NCBI GenBank assembly: GCA_964016885.1
Contig: OZ024741.1
Coordinates: 320,354,001-320,418,000, forward strand
Source of the DNA: Eledone cirrhosa
Lineage: Eukaryota
Direction of reading: 5' to 3'
Length of the DNA: 64,000 bases
Part shown: positions 1 through 14,855 of the stretch, one piece after another
Layout of the letters: the number at the start of each line of letters is the position of its first letter
Numbering within the stretch: position 1 is the stretch's first letter
Position numbers and translations under genes: made by a program
Notes under the pieces: generated by a model
What the model was told of the DNA's origin: nothing
What the model saw: only the letters and a program-made list of their open reading frames with translations
Database searches by the model: none

Positions 1-479
1 TGAGAGAGAGTGAAGGAAAGAACAAATATTGAGATGGAGAGAGAAAAGAAAAAGTATTGAGAGGGAGAGAGAAAAAAATATTGAAAAAAAGAGGGAAAAA
101 AAGTAGTGAGAGGAAGAGAGAAGAAAGAGAATGAGAAAGAGGGGCGAAATGAGCGAAGAAATAAATTATATTTGGATGAGTAGTCAGAATGTAATGTAAT
201 TCATTATGTTATGTTTATATTATTTATAAAGGTAAAGTTAAAAAATTAAATTAATGATAAAAAAATTCTTTACAAAAGAATATTGTTATAATTTAGTTAA
301 AAATTTAATTAAAATTTAATTAATTACAATAAGATATATTACAAAAATAAGTATTTAAAAATTTATTAAGATGTATTAATATTATATAGGTTTAGATGTG
401 TATTTTATGTTATAGGTTATAAATTATTTGAATGTATAGTATTTTGCATTGGAAAAAAAAAAACAAGTATAGTTTAATT

Positions 480-810
480 GATTAAAGTAAGTTTGCCAAA
501 ATTATATTTAGCCAGAGTTTATTAATAGTTTTATGTCAAATCTTAAACATCAAATATTTATGAAGATTTACGACAGTTTAGAAACGAAAAATTATTTAAT
601 TAGGAGTATATATTAAAACAATTTACAATTTCGACTATAAATTAAGACTATAAAGATTGAGATTATAAAAACAATAAGGAAGTTTAAAGGAAGTTAAAAG
701 GATTTTTTAAAAACTCAAATGACTCCAAGGATAGATAAAAATCACTACGAAAGTTATAAGAAGTTATAAAAATTCATCTTAAAATATAACTAAAATATAA
801 GACATAATTA
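480..810 (+). mobile_element. Possible very decayed Penelope-like ORF fragment
   Basis: AT-rich; YKKL..NITK-like motif near 755-800; no intact frame. Confidence 0.25.
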
Positions 811-1254
811 TTCAACATATATATAAATAATATAAATGATTGGATATATATGAAAATACATAAGTATTAAACATGTTTGGAATATTGGAAGATGTAGGGG
901 TAATGGAAGATATGAAAATAGTGGTTTTTCGTATCTTTCAAAAGAACCTTTCAAAAACTTAATCATAAGTTTTACAAAAATTTCCAGGTGGTGTTTCGAA
1001 GGCAATTTTTAGAATTTTTCAAAACATTTTTATAAAAGATTTTCTGGAGGTAGGATTGAAAAGTGCGATAATATAAGTATTAGAAAGTAAAGGTTTTAAG
1101 GAGTAAATTAAAATTAATAAGTGTACTTTATATATTTAGGATGATTAGAATTATATTGATATATATAATCTGAGGGAAGAGATTATAGGTGTTTGGATGG
1201 AGAAAAACATTATGTAAGGAAGAATGAACATATATTACATTTTATATATATATA

Positions 1255-1512
1255 TATAAAAGTTGCGTTTAACCGATGTTTACAAGAACTAAATAAATTA
1301 TTCCGCAAATTAATAGAGTTCTTAGATTTTAGTATAAAGAATATTTCCTCTACGCAAAGGCTACAAAATTTGGATAGAGCTGTGTAAGATGGTGCTTTGG
1401 AGACAATATTCCAAGATAAAGAGTAGTTTATATTCTTGGATTTTAAATTCCATAATAAGTTGTATAGAGAAGTTGAAGATTTCTTGGTAATATTCGTAAA
1501 AGATATATGTTC
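1255..1512 (-). mobile_element. Penelope-like element, GIY-YIG endonuclease C-terminal fragment
   Basis: HISF..KKSSTSL..LWNLK..YSLSWNIVSKAPSY..CSLCVEE..INLRNNLFSSCKHR pattern of Penelope-type C-termini. Confidence 0.75.
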
Positions 1513-1539
1513 AAATGAACCAGCTAACATCGCATGCTC

Positions 1540-2130
1540 AGAGTAGGCCCATTCACATGAGCTATTCTCACTACATTCACCCACCTTTTACCAAATGTAC
1601 TGAGGAGCAGCAATTATCTCTCCACCCTCACCCTCCTTTCCAAGTGAAACTTGAAAAAGTTGATCAGAGATTGGTGGAAGAGAAAAGTGTCTGTCTTCAG
1701 TCCTTTCAACCTGGTCCACCGCGTAGAGGGTTCTGGCAGTAGACGGATCGCCTCACCAATTAAACCTGTCCCTTTCACAAAAATCAAAAATGCAGACGCT
1801 CCAATTTGGGGAGGGGGAATGAGGAGGGGGGTCAAGGGACGACGGTCAGGTGGTAGTAGATGAAGGAGGCAATGTCGCGTTCGCCACCTCTGCCCGACCT
1901 TTCAAGGATAGCTTCCTATCGGACAATATCTTATCCACCTTTAGGTCCGGTCCGAACCAGAATCCAAGCAAATTCACCGGTCTGTCCGTCCAGCGTTAGA
2001 CGGCGGTATTGAACGGCATGGATTTACCTCTCCAGGTGCTGAGCTGCAAATCCAACATCTCTGGGTTCAGTTTTGCTCCTGTCAATGTTTCATATTCTTC
2101 TAGGAAGGTGACGAGCACCTCGAATTCTCA
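1540..2130 (-). mobile_element. Decayed, internally deleted fragment of a related Tx1 ORF2 3' half
   Basis: WTRLKGLKTDTFLFHQSLINFFKFHLERRVRVER matches the ORF2 C-terminus; 1870-2120 aligns by eye to ~45730-46020. Confidence 0.85.
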
Positions 2131-2189
2131 GTTATTCCCTAAAAGCTAATTATAAAACATCATCGAAATAAAAGAAACAATGAAAAATG

Positions 2190-2326
<137 letters not shown>

Positions 2327-2426
2327 TGTCTGTGTGTCTGTGTAATTAATGAATGAAAGAAACAAAACACAGGAGGCAATTTTTACACAGTGTTATTAGA
2401 ATCACGTTTGGTTTAAGTGGAGGAGG

Positions 2427-2463
2427 TTTTAACATTTCGGACAGAAGTCCTTCTTCAGGAAAG
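2427..2463 (-). ncRNA. Degenerate hammerhead motif
   Basis: CTGAAGA A GGAC TTCT GTCC GAAA TGTTA; stems I and III weak. Confidence 0.4.
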
Positions 2464-2556
2464 TTCGGATAGTGACAGAACAGAAACACGTAAGCGTAGT
2501 TAGAACAGATTAGGGAAGCAAATTAAAACACACACACACATATATATACACATATA

Positions 2557-2606
<50 letters not shown>

Positions 2607-3156
2607 TGTTTTTTTTATATATATAAAGTAATAGTTTATAGTTTATTTTATTTCAGTAGTGATTTACTACTGAGTGATTTAAGGGATAACTCTTGTGCCA
2701 TCGTTGAATTTCATGTTAGCACTTTCCAGTCTGTCTACATTTGTTAGACTGACGATAGAAAAAAAAATGTTTCCAATTTTTTTCATTATTAATGTTTGTT
2801 GCGCCGCTTTCAAATTATCTTTTGTAATCTTTATAAAGATATTCTTCTGTTCTCTACTTATTAAAACATTTTGCCGCAGTCTTCTTACTTAGCTTTAAGT
2901 TTTGTTTCTTTATATGTACTTTGATGTTTCTTTATATGGAGCGGAACTTACAAGGGTGGCGATTTTTTTTATATCACGTTATATTATACTTTCTACTTTT
3001 GTTAGTTTCTAATTATTTTTTCTAGACCTAATGTCATTAATTTGTAATAGCTTTCTATTTGTGAATAAACAAATATACACATTAAAATATGAGTATATAT
3101 ATGTACGGATGTATATAAATTTTGGTGTGTTTTTGTACATGTGAGCTTTCTTGTTT

Positions 3157-3237
<81 letters not shown>

Positions 3238-3316
3238 ATACATATACATGCACATGCATCCTCCTACACAGAAATACTCACATACACACACAGACCACAC
3301 AAACCACACACACAAA

Positions 3317-3486
<170 letters not shown>

Positions 3487-3541
3487 ATTGATAGACAGAT
3501 AGGAAGCTAGATAGATAAATAGATATATAGACAAGTATATA

Positions 3542-3612
<71 letters not shown>

Positions 3613-3876
3613 ATAGAGGTGTAACACACAAGTTATGATATATTGGTAAACGGAATAGAAAATGCTGACAAATTGCTCACAGTGAAAAATAGTTTAATTA
3701 GGAATAAGTGAGAATTAGTAATAGTATTGGTTAGTATTGAGTTCTGGTTTTTACCGGTTACGCATTTCTTATATATAATCAAACGCATTTCTTATATATA
3801 ATCAAACATTTATTATAATGCTCGGTGTGTTTGTAAACAAACATCCCGTATAAAGCCGCAGTGTCTAGCAAACACT

Positions 3877-3923
<47 letters not shown>

Positions 3924-3953
3924 AAAGAATAGAGGTGTAAAACACGAATTGTG

Positions 3954-4325
3954 ATATATTGGTAAAAGGAAAAGAAAATGCTGACAAATTATTCCCAGTG
4001 AAAAATAGTTTAATTAGGAATAAGTAAAAATTAGTAATAAGTATTGGTTAGTATTCAGTTTTAGTTTTAAGTTTTTACCGGTTGCGCATTTCTAATGCTT
4101 TTCAAAAATAATTTTGAGATGGAGCGCCCGTGATGTTTGCTATAATCGGATTAGAGCAAACATCACGGGCACTCTATCTCAAAATTATTTTTGAAAAGCA
4201 TTAAAAATGCGTAACCGGTAAAAACCAGAACTCAATACTAACCAATACTATTACTAATTCTCACTTATTCCTAATTAAACTATTTTTCACTGTGAACAAT
4301 TTGTCAGCATTTTCTATTCCGTTTA

Positions 4326-4334
<9 letters not shown>
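3954..4334. repeat. ~380 bp palindrome centred at 4148 (third arm copy at 3634-3768)
   Basis: CCCGTGATGTTTGCTATAATC G GATTAGAGCAAACATCACGGG centre with ~190 bp arms. Confidence 0.9.
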
Positions 4335-4361
<27 letters not shown>

Positions 4362-4365
<4 letters not shown>

Positions 4366-5028
4366 TAAAAGTAGACAAGGGTTAAAATGTCCTCTTCAGT
4401 AGTCTGCTGATTATCGTTGGTATTTCGACGCATTAAAGACTAGATACCTAAAATCAGTGCGAACGATAACTCAATTAAGGCATCGGGACAGTGGAAAAAT
4501 AGAGGGAAGGAAACAAACACATGGTGGTATGCAACCTAAAGAGAGGAAAATAGAGCCAAGTCAATGAATCACGTGGGCTTAAGTCCGACATATCAAATTG
4601 ACGAGGAGAAATAGACACGTCCGAGCCGCGAGAAGATTGAGAGAGGAAAGAAATTCAAGCAGGTCAGACGGGAGGAAGTGAGAGGGGGGAGAAGCAGAGA
4701 GGGGGTGAGTGAAAGTGGGAGGAAGGGTCAGCCGAGAGTGAGTGACCAGCAGCGGGAGTTGAGGAAGGCAAGAGGTGAAGGAGAGAGAAAAGGTGATAGC
4801 AGTAAATTGACAGAAAAAATACGAACCACAGCGAAGGGAAAAAATATGTGAATGAAGAATGGCGTGCTGCGTTGTTGCGAACATGAACATATGAATAAAA
4901 ATAGACAAGGGTTAAAATGTCCTCATCAGTAGTCTGCTGATATTCGTTGGTATTTCGACGCATTAAAGACTAGATACCTAAAATCTGTGCGAGCGATAAC
5001 TCAATTAAGTTATCGGGACAGTGGGAAA
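4362..5028. repeat. ~135 bp direct repeats (4362-4497, 4892-5028) around a purine-rich core, bounded by (TA)n; pseudo-LTR-like mini-element
   Basis: Direct sequence comparison. Confidence 0.8.
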
Positions 5029-5041
5029 ACATAAAGAGAGG

Positions 5042-5136
<95 letters not shown>

Positions 5137-5240
5137 TATATATAGAGAGAGAGTGATAGATAGATAGATAGATGCGTGTGTGTGTGCATATGTGTGTGCA
5201 TGTGTTCACATATATGCAGTTAAATCAGTTTATATAATAT

Positions 5241-5650
5241 ACTAGCAGAGGTACCCGGCGTTGCTCGGGTATTAAATACCAGTTATGTATACCATTTATG
5301 TCAATACTTCAGTGCTGCTTGGAAAACTATACTTTTACAAAATCATCGGCGTTTTCCAAAAGGAGGTTCCTGCCCCCGGGGTCCCCTACTCAATATGTGC
5401 CAATTCTGAGAGTTCACATTCATCTGTAGGACAAGCGTAGCCCATGTGTCAAGTTTTGTGAAAATCGGTTGCGATCTCCAGAAGTTATGATGTTTTGTTG
5501 CATTGCCCTGCAATGCTTCAGTCGACTCCAAAGAAGTGGTTAAAGAGGGTTATCTGCAAAATGAAAGTGCCCATGACCATCCGGAGTACATAAGTTACCT
5601 ATGTCTTAAGTTTGGTGAAAATACTGTAGAAATGCATAAGGTTTACACAC
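5241..5650 (+). mobile_element. Helitron/Helentron-type non-autonomous element
   Basis: ACTAGCAGAGGTACCCGGCGTTGCTCGGG start; AAGTTTGGTGAAAAT-type internal units. Confidence 0.5.
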
Positions 5651-5804
5651 ACACGCGTGTGTGTGGGTGTGTGTGTGTGTGTGTGTTTGTCTGTGTGTGT
5701 GTGTATATTTGTGTGTGCGTATGTATATGTATGTGTATGTCCGTCGGCACATACGTATGTACTGGCCTCAATCTTCAGTACTTACTTTTACTATTTTAAG
5801 GCAA

Positions 5805-5915
5805 AGTTAAAATCCCGTCGAGGGTAACTTTGCCTTTCATCCTTACGGGGTCGATAAAATAAAGTACTAGTAATGTACTGGGTATTTGCTGGCCTTGTGC
5901 TAAAAGTAGAAACAA
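5805..5915 (+). mobile_element. Nin-domain SINE, 5'-truncated
   Basis: Core and 3' end match the family. Confidence 0.8.
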
Positions 5916-6316
5916 CTGTTTTAATAACCTCTGTCATTTTCGTTTACGATTTTGTTTACATCATTCTTAAACTCCGGGGCTGGAAATCATTCGGTTATTT
6001 TAAATAGAATATTAGTCTAACGACTCCATTTACGGCATAAACTTGGTCTTGTCTTTGCATGAAATTGTTCTTCTCAGTCCACATAACGACGTATTATCCT
6101 CGCTTTTTTCCGTTCATTACCAGGGAAGGTCTACACGAACCAAAATATCTTCTTCTGATTTCCTTCGGTTGCAACGTTTCTCGAAATATTTAATTCTGCG
6201 TCCACAGATAGAATTTATTAGTTTAAGAAGATCCCGTTAATGTTGAAAGCAGTGATTCTTTGTTTAATACCCCCCTCTCTCTCTCCCTCCTGCAGAATGG
6301 AGAACAATAAAGAACG

Positions 6317-6423
<107 letters not shown>

Positions 6424-7312
6424 ATATATATATATGTGTTTGTATGTGTATGAACCACCATTCGTCGCCATTCTCTCTCTCTCTGCCTCTCTGCCTCTCT
6501 ATCTGATTATCTTGTAGCTCTCTCTGTATAACGACCTATCTCACTCTCTCTCTCTCTCTACATCTCCCTTTCTCTCTTTAGATGTATATGTATATGTGTG
6601 TGTGTGATATATATATATAGAGAGAGAGTTGCAACATGTATGTAGTTTCATATATTTTTGAGGGTAGTGAGAATGAAAATATAAACAGAGCATATAAATA
6701 AATTTACAGTAGAATAACATAACAAATATATTTTAAATATATACATAAACTACAATATTAAAGAAAATGCAAAGGAAGGGGTGAACAACGGAGCCATCAC
6801 CAGAGCAAAAGTCAGTAACGTCGCGAGTACTGGGCAACCTCTCTAATTTTGAGGCAAGCCAACACACTCGCAGCGTTGCCTCGAGTGATGGCGAGGCCGA
6901 TGCGCTGAAATATTGTTTTAAAAGACTTTTTAATAGAAATGAAGCAAAATGGAAGCTTAATGTTGAAACTTCGAACTCATGAATTTTGCAGGCCCGAAAA
7001 CTGTTCGCGTATTTTTGTACGCGTAGTTTATTCATAAAGTAAATAGATAAACAAATAACGCCTTAAAAGGGAAATGACTCGTTTCTCATCTCTATTTATA
7101 CATTTGAATTGAAAAATCAATACATTACAAATTCGATTTTTGCACTTGGCGTGGGTCGATTTGAAATTTTTTTTGACCGATGTCTCCGCCGGACCTTCAT
7201 CTATAAGTGTAGCAATTTTACCGAAATTTGAACGTACGGTTTAAGAGGAGATGTGTGCCGACCGTTTTAGTAGACAGACAGACAGACAGATAACCTCAGT
7301 TTTATATATATA

Positions 7313-7353
7313 GACTAGCAGAAAACCACCCGGTGGGTGGTTTTCTGCTAGTC
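7313..7353. repeat. Perfect 19 bp-arm hairpin formed by two Helentron-type termini
   Basis: GACTAGCAGAAAACCACCC GGT GGGTGGTTTTCTGCTAGTC; related end at ~9025-9045. Confidence 0.8.
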
Positions 7354-7556
7354 GATATATATTTAATACACACACAAACACACAAACACAAAGACAGACA
7401 CACACACACACATACATATATATATATACACCCATGTTCATATTTTGAGATGCATTATTCTCAAATCAGATTATTATCTCTGACAGGAAGAACCAGTTTA
7501 TAATTTTTAAGAAAAATTAAGCATACAGACATATTTTAGGAAACTTATGAATTCCT

Positions 7557-7625
<69 letters not shown>

Positions 7626-7945
7626 AACACTTACACAGATACACACAGACACACGCACAGACAGACACACACGCATACAGACACATACGCTAACACACAC
7701 ATACCATACACACACTTATACATACGCAAATATGCACACACGCTAACACACACATAGACACGCACATACACACTTAAACCTATATATATGTATATATATA
7801 GAGAGACACACAATACACATATATAATATATATATATAATGTATATATATATTATATATACACACACACACATATAACACACACCCATATATAAAACACG
7901 CACACGCACACACATACACACACATATAACACACACACACATATA

Positions 7946-7977
<32 letters not shown>

Positions 7978-8585
7978 ACACATACACACACACATACACA
8001 CACACATATAACACACACACATATAATACACACACACACACATATATATATATTATATGCTCAGCCCAGTGAGTTGGTTAAAACACCAAAAACCAGTCTT
8101 AAAGTTGTCTGTAAATTCAAAGAACTCGGCTGTGTCTGGCTAGATCTCCATGGTAACTACTCCAAGATCGCGCGTGCCATGGCTGGGAACGCAGGTGTCA
8201 CGTGCTGGCCTAGAACGCTGGTTGTTGGAATCAGTGGTCGACGACATAACATATATATTATATGTGTGTGGAATAGTATAAATATTTCTTCGTATTTACT
8301 AACATATATATATATATTATATATTATATATACATACATTATATATATATTATTAATATATTACATACGTACATTTATTTATATATATATATATACACAC
8401 AGAAATGTATATATATTTCTGTGTGTATATATATATATTACACACACAGAAATGTGTATATATTTCTTAGAACAAAATTATTATTAATGTTTTGCTGTTC
8501 ATAACAATTGGAATTGAAAAATTACTTTTGAAAGGATTAGTTATTTTACTAATGCTTAGATATGTAAAAATGAAGCAATGTTTCT

Positions 8586-8779
8586 AATAATTGTTTCTAC
8601 TTTTAGCACAAGGCCAGCAATTATCCAGTACATTACTGGTACTTTATTTTATCGACCCCGTGAGGATGAAAGGCAAAGTTAACCTCGGCGGTATTTGAAC
8701 TCAGACCGTAAAGGGACGTAACTCCATGCTAGGAAGCATGGTGTCCGACTCTCTACAGATTCTGCCAATCCACCGCCCT
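8586..8779 (-). mobile_element. tRNA-derived Nin-domain SINE, full length
   Basis: A box TGGCAGAATCTG, B box GAGTTCAAATAC, GTTAACTTTGCCTTTCATCCT..GGGGTCGATAAAA..GTACC core, ATT tail. Confidence 0.85.
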
Positions 8780-9674
8780 AATGTCTGTACGTAATGAGGG
8801 AGTGAGAGGGGAGAGAAAGAAAGGCAGAGGTGAAGTGACGAAGTGACTCTCTCCTCCTCCTCCTCTATCTCCCCATTCGTCACAGCGATAGAGGGGAGGA
8901 ATGTTAGTGTGTTACAAAGAGAAAGAGTGAGAGTGAGAGAAACAGACAGACTAAAAGAGAGGGATAGCTGGAGAGAGAGAGATAGCAACCACGCGCGCAC
9001 GTGATTCCACTGTCGGACAGTTTCGGGCGGTTTTCTGCTAGTCTATATATCTAAAACAGAGAATGTCTGTCTGTCTGTCAGCTCACTAAAACTTGAGAAC
9101 CATCCAACCAATTGTTTTGAAACTTTAGACATGTAATACTTATGGTCCTGTGAGTGTTTTGAGCAAAAATTATTTCAAATTTTCTGTGCCCTAGGGACCG
9201 CATTAGGCGATTTAGCGTTCTCTCTATATAATTCTTAGTCTTTCCTTTTAGATAGATACATAGATATAACGTTGCGCCCTTATAATATCTGTCTGTATGT
9301 CTGGCTGTCTGCATTACGTCATTATGACGCACTCACCGCGATTCCCTCGGCCTCAGTGACCAAAGTCAGTGGAGAGAGGAAGGTAATGTTTCTGTAGCAC
9401 GTGTTTTAGCGTCTATTCACTCTATCTCTCTCTCCCTCTCTCCCTCCCGCTATCCCCCTCTCGTAGTCTGTCTCTTTCTTTCACTCTCTACGCACGTGTT
9501 TCCACCGTCGGACAGACAGACAGAGAAATTGCTGGTTATATATATAAGTAGATATGCATGCTCACCCATCTCATAAATCTCATAAAACAGGCAATCAATT
9601 TATGCGATATTACATTCTCGACCTATTCGGTCCTACCGTTTTATTGCTTACAATTTAGTAACACCACGCCTGTA

Positions 9675-9694
9675 ACTACTACTACTACTGCTAT

Positions 9695-9734
<40 letters not shown>

Positions 9735-9786
9735 GCTGCTGCTGCTACTACTACTGCTACTACTACTACTAATACTATTGCTACTA

Positions 9787-9863
<77 letters not shown>

Positions 9864-9950
9864 GCAGCTGCTGCTACTACTACCACTGCTGCTGCTGCTG
9901 TGCTGCAGCTACTACTACTACTACTACTACAACTACTACTACTACTAGTG

Positions 9951-10011
<61 letters not shown>
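9675..10011. repeat. Compound (ACT)n/(GCT)n trinucleotide microsatellite
   Basis: Direct reading. Confidence 0.95.
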
Positions 10012-10286
10012 ACTCATTATCCCTAGTCCTTTATCACCAATCCTACCATTTACCCTATGATAACTCACAAAAAATTAATGTATGCTTTAAAATACCTTAA
10101 CTTTGGAAGCACGTATCTCAGGCTTGCAATCAATAAGAGTTAAAGTTTGTATCACGGTTGGACACATCGTGCCGAAACAATATCCTCACGTCTCCTGTGA
10201 TACTACAGTTATTTAACAAACATTCACCACCAAACACGACACAAAAATACTGAGTTGCCTGCTTCTCACGGATGTAAAGCCAAACG

Positions 10287-10407
<121 letters not shown>

Positions 10408-10569
10408 GTTGTAGTTGTGTGTGTGTAGTTGTGTGTGTGTCGGTGTGTGTCAGTGTTGTATGTGTGCAAGTACGTGTATGCGTTTGCATTTACATGTATG
10501 TATGTATATGTGTTTGTTTGTGTGTATGTATGTATACACGTATGTATGTTTCTAATGAAAGCCGGTATC

Positions 10570-12049
10570 ACAACATGGCTTCCCATGGGCTAGTTGGTAC
10601 ATGGCTACTGTCTTTTTCAGGCTTATGGTAAGTCCCAATGCAGTACACGCATTAGAAAATGCATCTATGAGATGCTGCACATCAATCTCCGTGTGCACTA
10701 CCAGGTCACAGTCATCTGCATAAAGCAAATCCCTGATTAGTGACAAGTGAACCTTTGACTTAGCATTGAACCACCTGATATTAAACAGCTCTCCAGTTGA
10801 TCGATAGCGAACATATATACCATGATTGCAGTTCCTGAAGGCCTGTTCGAAGACAATGGAGAAGTACAAAGCAAAGAGCGTTGGAGCTGGAATGTCACCC
10901 TGTTTGACTCCATTCTCGACCATCACCGGCGCAGAGAGCTTTCCACCAACATTTACCCATGCCTTCATGTCGTCATGAAACAAACGCAAGGCTAAGGGTC
11001 GTTGGCAGTTTCGTATATCTTGGAAGCACTCTGAGTATGTCCTGCGATCTTGATGAGGAAATATCAAACAGGATACAGAAAGCCAGTGATGCTTTTGGAA
11101 AACTGAACAAGCGTCTCTGGTCTCAACACGGAATTTCGGTAAAGACAAAGCTCAAAGTGTATCATGCGTGTGTGCTCGCGGCACTTCTTTATGCTTGTGA
11201 GACATGGGGGTCTACCGTAGACAGATGAAGCGACTTGAGAGGTTCCACCAGTACTGCTTACGTCGGATCCTCGGCATAACTTGGCAAATGTTTGTAAGTG
11301 ACGTCGAGGTTCTGGACAGAAGTGGCTGTGATAGTGTAGAGTCCTTGATTTTGAAACATCAGCTGCGCTGGACAGGCCATCTTGTAAGGATGAATGACAA
11401 GCGAATGCCGAAACAGCTGCTTTATGGCGACTCCAAATGGGAAAAAGAAACGCAAGCAAACCGAAGATGCGTTTTAAGGATTGCATCAAGGGGGCGCTCA
11501 AGAAAAGTAACATCCCTTGTGAGCACTGAGAAGCATGCGCTAGCAAACGATCGCATTGGAGGAAAGCAGTGGCTAGTGGCAAGAGTCTATTTGAGGAAAC
11601 AAGAAGAAGGCACGCGACACTAAAAAGAGATGTCTGGAAAGGAATCCATGTTGGCCTTCCCGAAGGCACTGACAGACGGCCTTACCTGACATGTGAGACC
11701 TGTAATAGAGTTTGTCTGAGCATGGCAGGTCTAAAGAGTCACATGAGAGTGCCCAAGAACAGGGAAGCAGGCACCTGTGGAGGTATAAGTGTTCATCAGA
11801 CGACGACATGTAATATTTGTGTAAGGGTATGCAGGTCGAGTAGTGATCTCACACGCTACCTTGGGTCACATGGTTCCATGGGCCCAGCACTAGGTGTCAA
11901 TAATTGTCACAAGTGTAGTGTTTGTACCAGAGTTTTCAAGACGCTGGCTGCATTAAAAAGCCACATTCGTTCAGCGCATCGGTAGGGGCTCTCCTACATG
12001 GATATAAAGTAGTGGCCGTACTCGAAAACGAGTTGGCAGCCACCATCTA
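10570..12049 (+). mobile_element. RTE-clade LINE, 5'-truncated with 5' inversion
   Basis: 10570-~10985 on minus (GVKQGDIPAPTLF, LLYADD), ~10985-11985 on plus (FVYLGS, LLYACETW, QLRWTGH, C2H2 fingers); 19 bp flanking duplication TCTAATGAAAGC(C/T)GGTATC at 10551-10569 and 12050-12068. Confidence 0.9.
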
Positions 12050-12552
12050 TCTAATGAAAGCTGGTATCTCCGATAGAGACTGGTAACAAGCTGCCAATGA
12101 TCGAAGTCGGTGGAGGGAAGCTGTATATGAGGGGATAATACACGTTGAAACAACCCGAAGAAATTATGAAAGGTTTAAAAGAGATTTAAAGAAGAGCTTG
12201 AAAGTCAAATTGCCAGGAAGTGTAGGAGACCAAGGCGAGATGACATGCAATGAGTGTGGGAATACTTGCCCCAGTCAAGCTGGATTAAAGAGTCACAAGT
12301 GGAACCTTGTAAAAAGGGCCGATGCAGGTTACATTGGTGTGTATGGTATAACAATCTACCATTGAAATGGTAAAATATGTCAATCAGCGGGAAGACTGTG
12401 GTGGGTGGGACATGACCATACATAATAAAACGCCAACGATTCGTGCTGCCGAAGGCCATTGTCTGTAACATCTGTGTTAAACACATGCAGAAGCGTATTT
12501 GAAAATTGCTACCGATGGCTCTATTCAAGCACGAGTTAGCTGCCATCATAAT
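12050..12552 (+). mobile_element. Older RTE 3' fragment interrupted by the insertion above
   Basis: LMKAGISDRDW*QAANDRSRWREAV..CNECGNTCPSQAGLKSH; 3' end CACGAGTTAGCTGCCATCAT resembles AACGAGTTGGCAGCCACCAT. Confidence 0.75.
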
Positions 12553-12739
12553 CAGGTATGTATATATACATGTATGTATGTTCTTCTGGTTTATCATTTT
12601 ATAAATTTTCACCAATAGAGATAGAGAGAGTCGGTTTCTAACATAGAAACAGGCCTCTTTCATTGGAATTTAGACAACTTCAACAAGGTAAATACAAAGG
12701 GATGTCGGTATGTGTGTGTGTATGTGTGTTTATGTGTGT

Positions 12740-12869
<130 letters not shown>

Positions 12870-13007
12870 GTATAGATGTTATTGCATGTGTACAATTGAG
12901 TTATATGTGTACAGGTGCATATGTTTCTGTGTCTAAACATGTGTATACGCAGTTCTATTGGTGCTGAATTTCTGAAATGTTTTACATATTTTTAGAGTCA
13001 CATTAAT

Positions 13008-13161
13008 TGTTTCTACTTTAGGCACAAGGCCAGCAATTACCCAGTGCATTACTGGTACTTTATTTTATCGACCCCGTAAGGATGAAAGGCAAAGTCAACC
13101 TCGGCGGGATTTGAACTCAGATCGTAAAGGGACGTAACTATGCTGGAAAGAATGGCGTCCG
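13008..13161 (-). mobile_element. Nin-domain SINE with 14 bp TSD
   Basis: AGAGTCACATTAAT at 12994-13007 and 13162-13175. Confidence 0.88.
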
Positions 13162-13175
13162 AGAGTCACATTAAT

Positions 13176-14734
<1,559 letters not shown>

Positions 14735-14805
14735 TTACACGGCTCGGAAATGCTTCTTTCTTTGAGCTAATTAATTGTAAATGACTCTTTGAGTGTATAC
14801 TCTAA

Positions 14806-14855
<50 letters not shown>

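Noticed and set aside
180-480. Very AT-rich stretch resembling mitochondrial DNA
   Set aside because: No recognisable mitochondrial gene motif
8586-8779. tRNA gene suggested by A and B boxes
   Set aside because: No cloverleaf; tRNA-derived SINE head
9558-10100. 180 aa mucin-like Thr/Ala/Leu ORF
   Set aside because: Stop-free trinucleotide repeat; no domain or splice context
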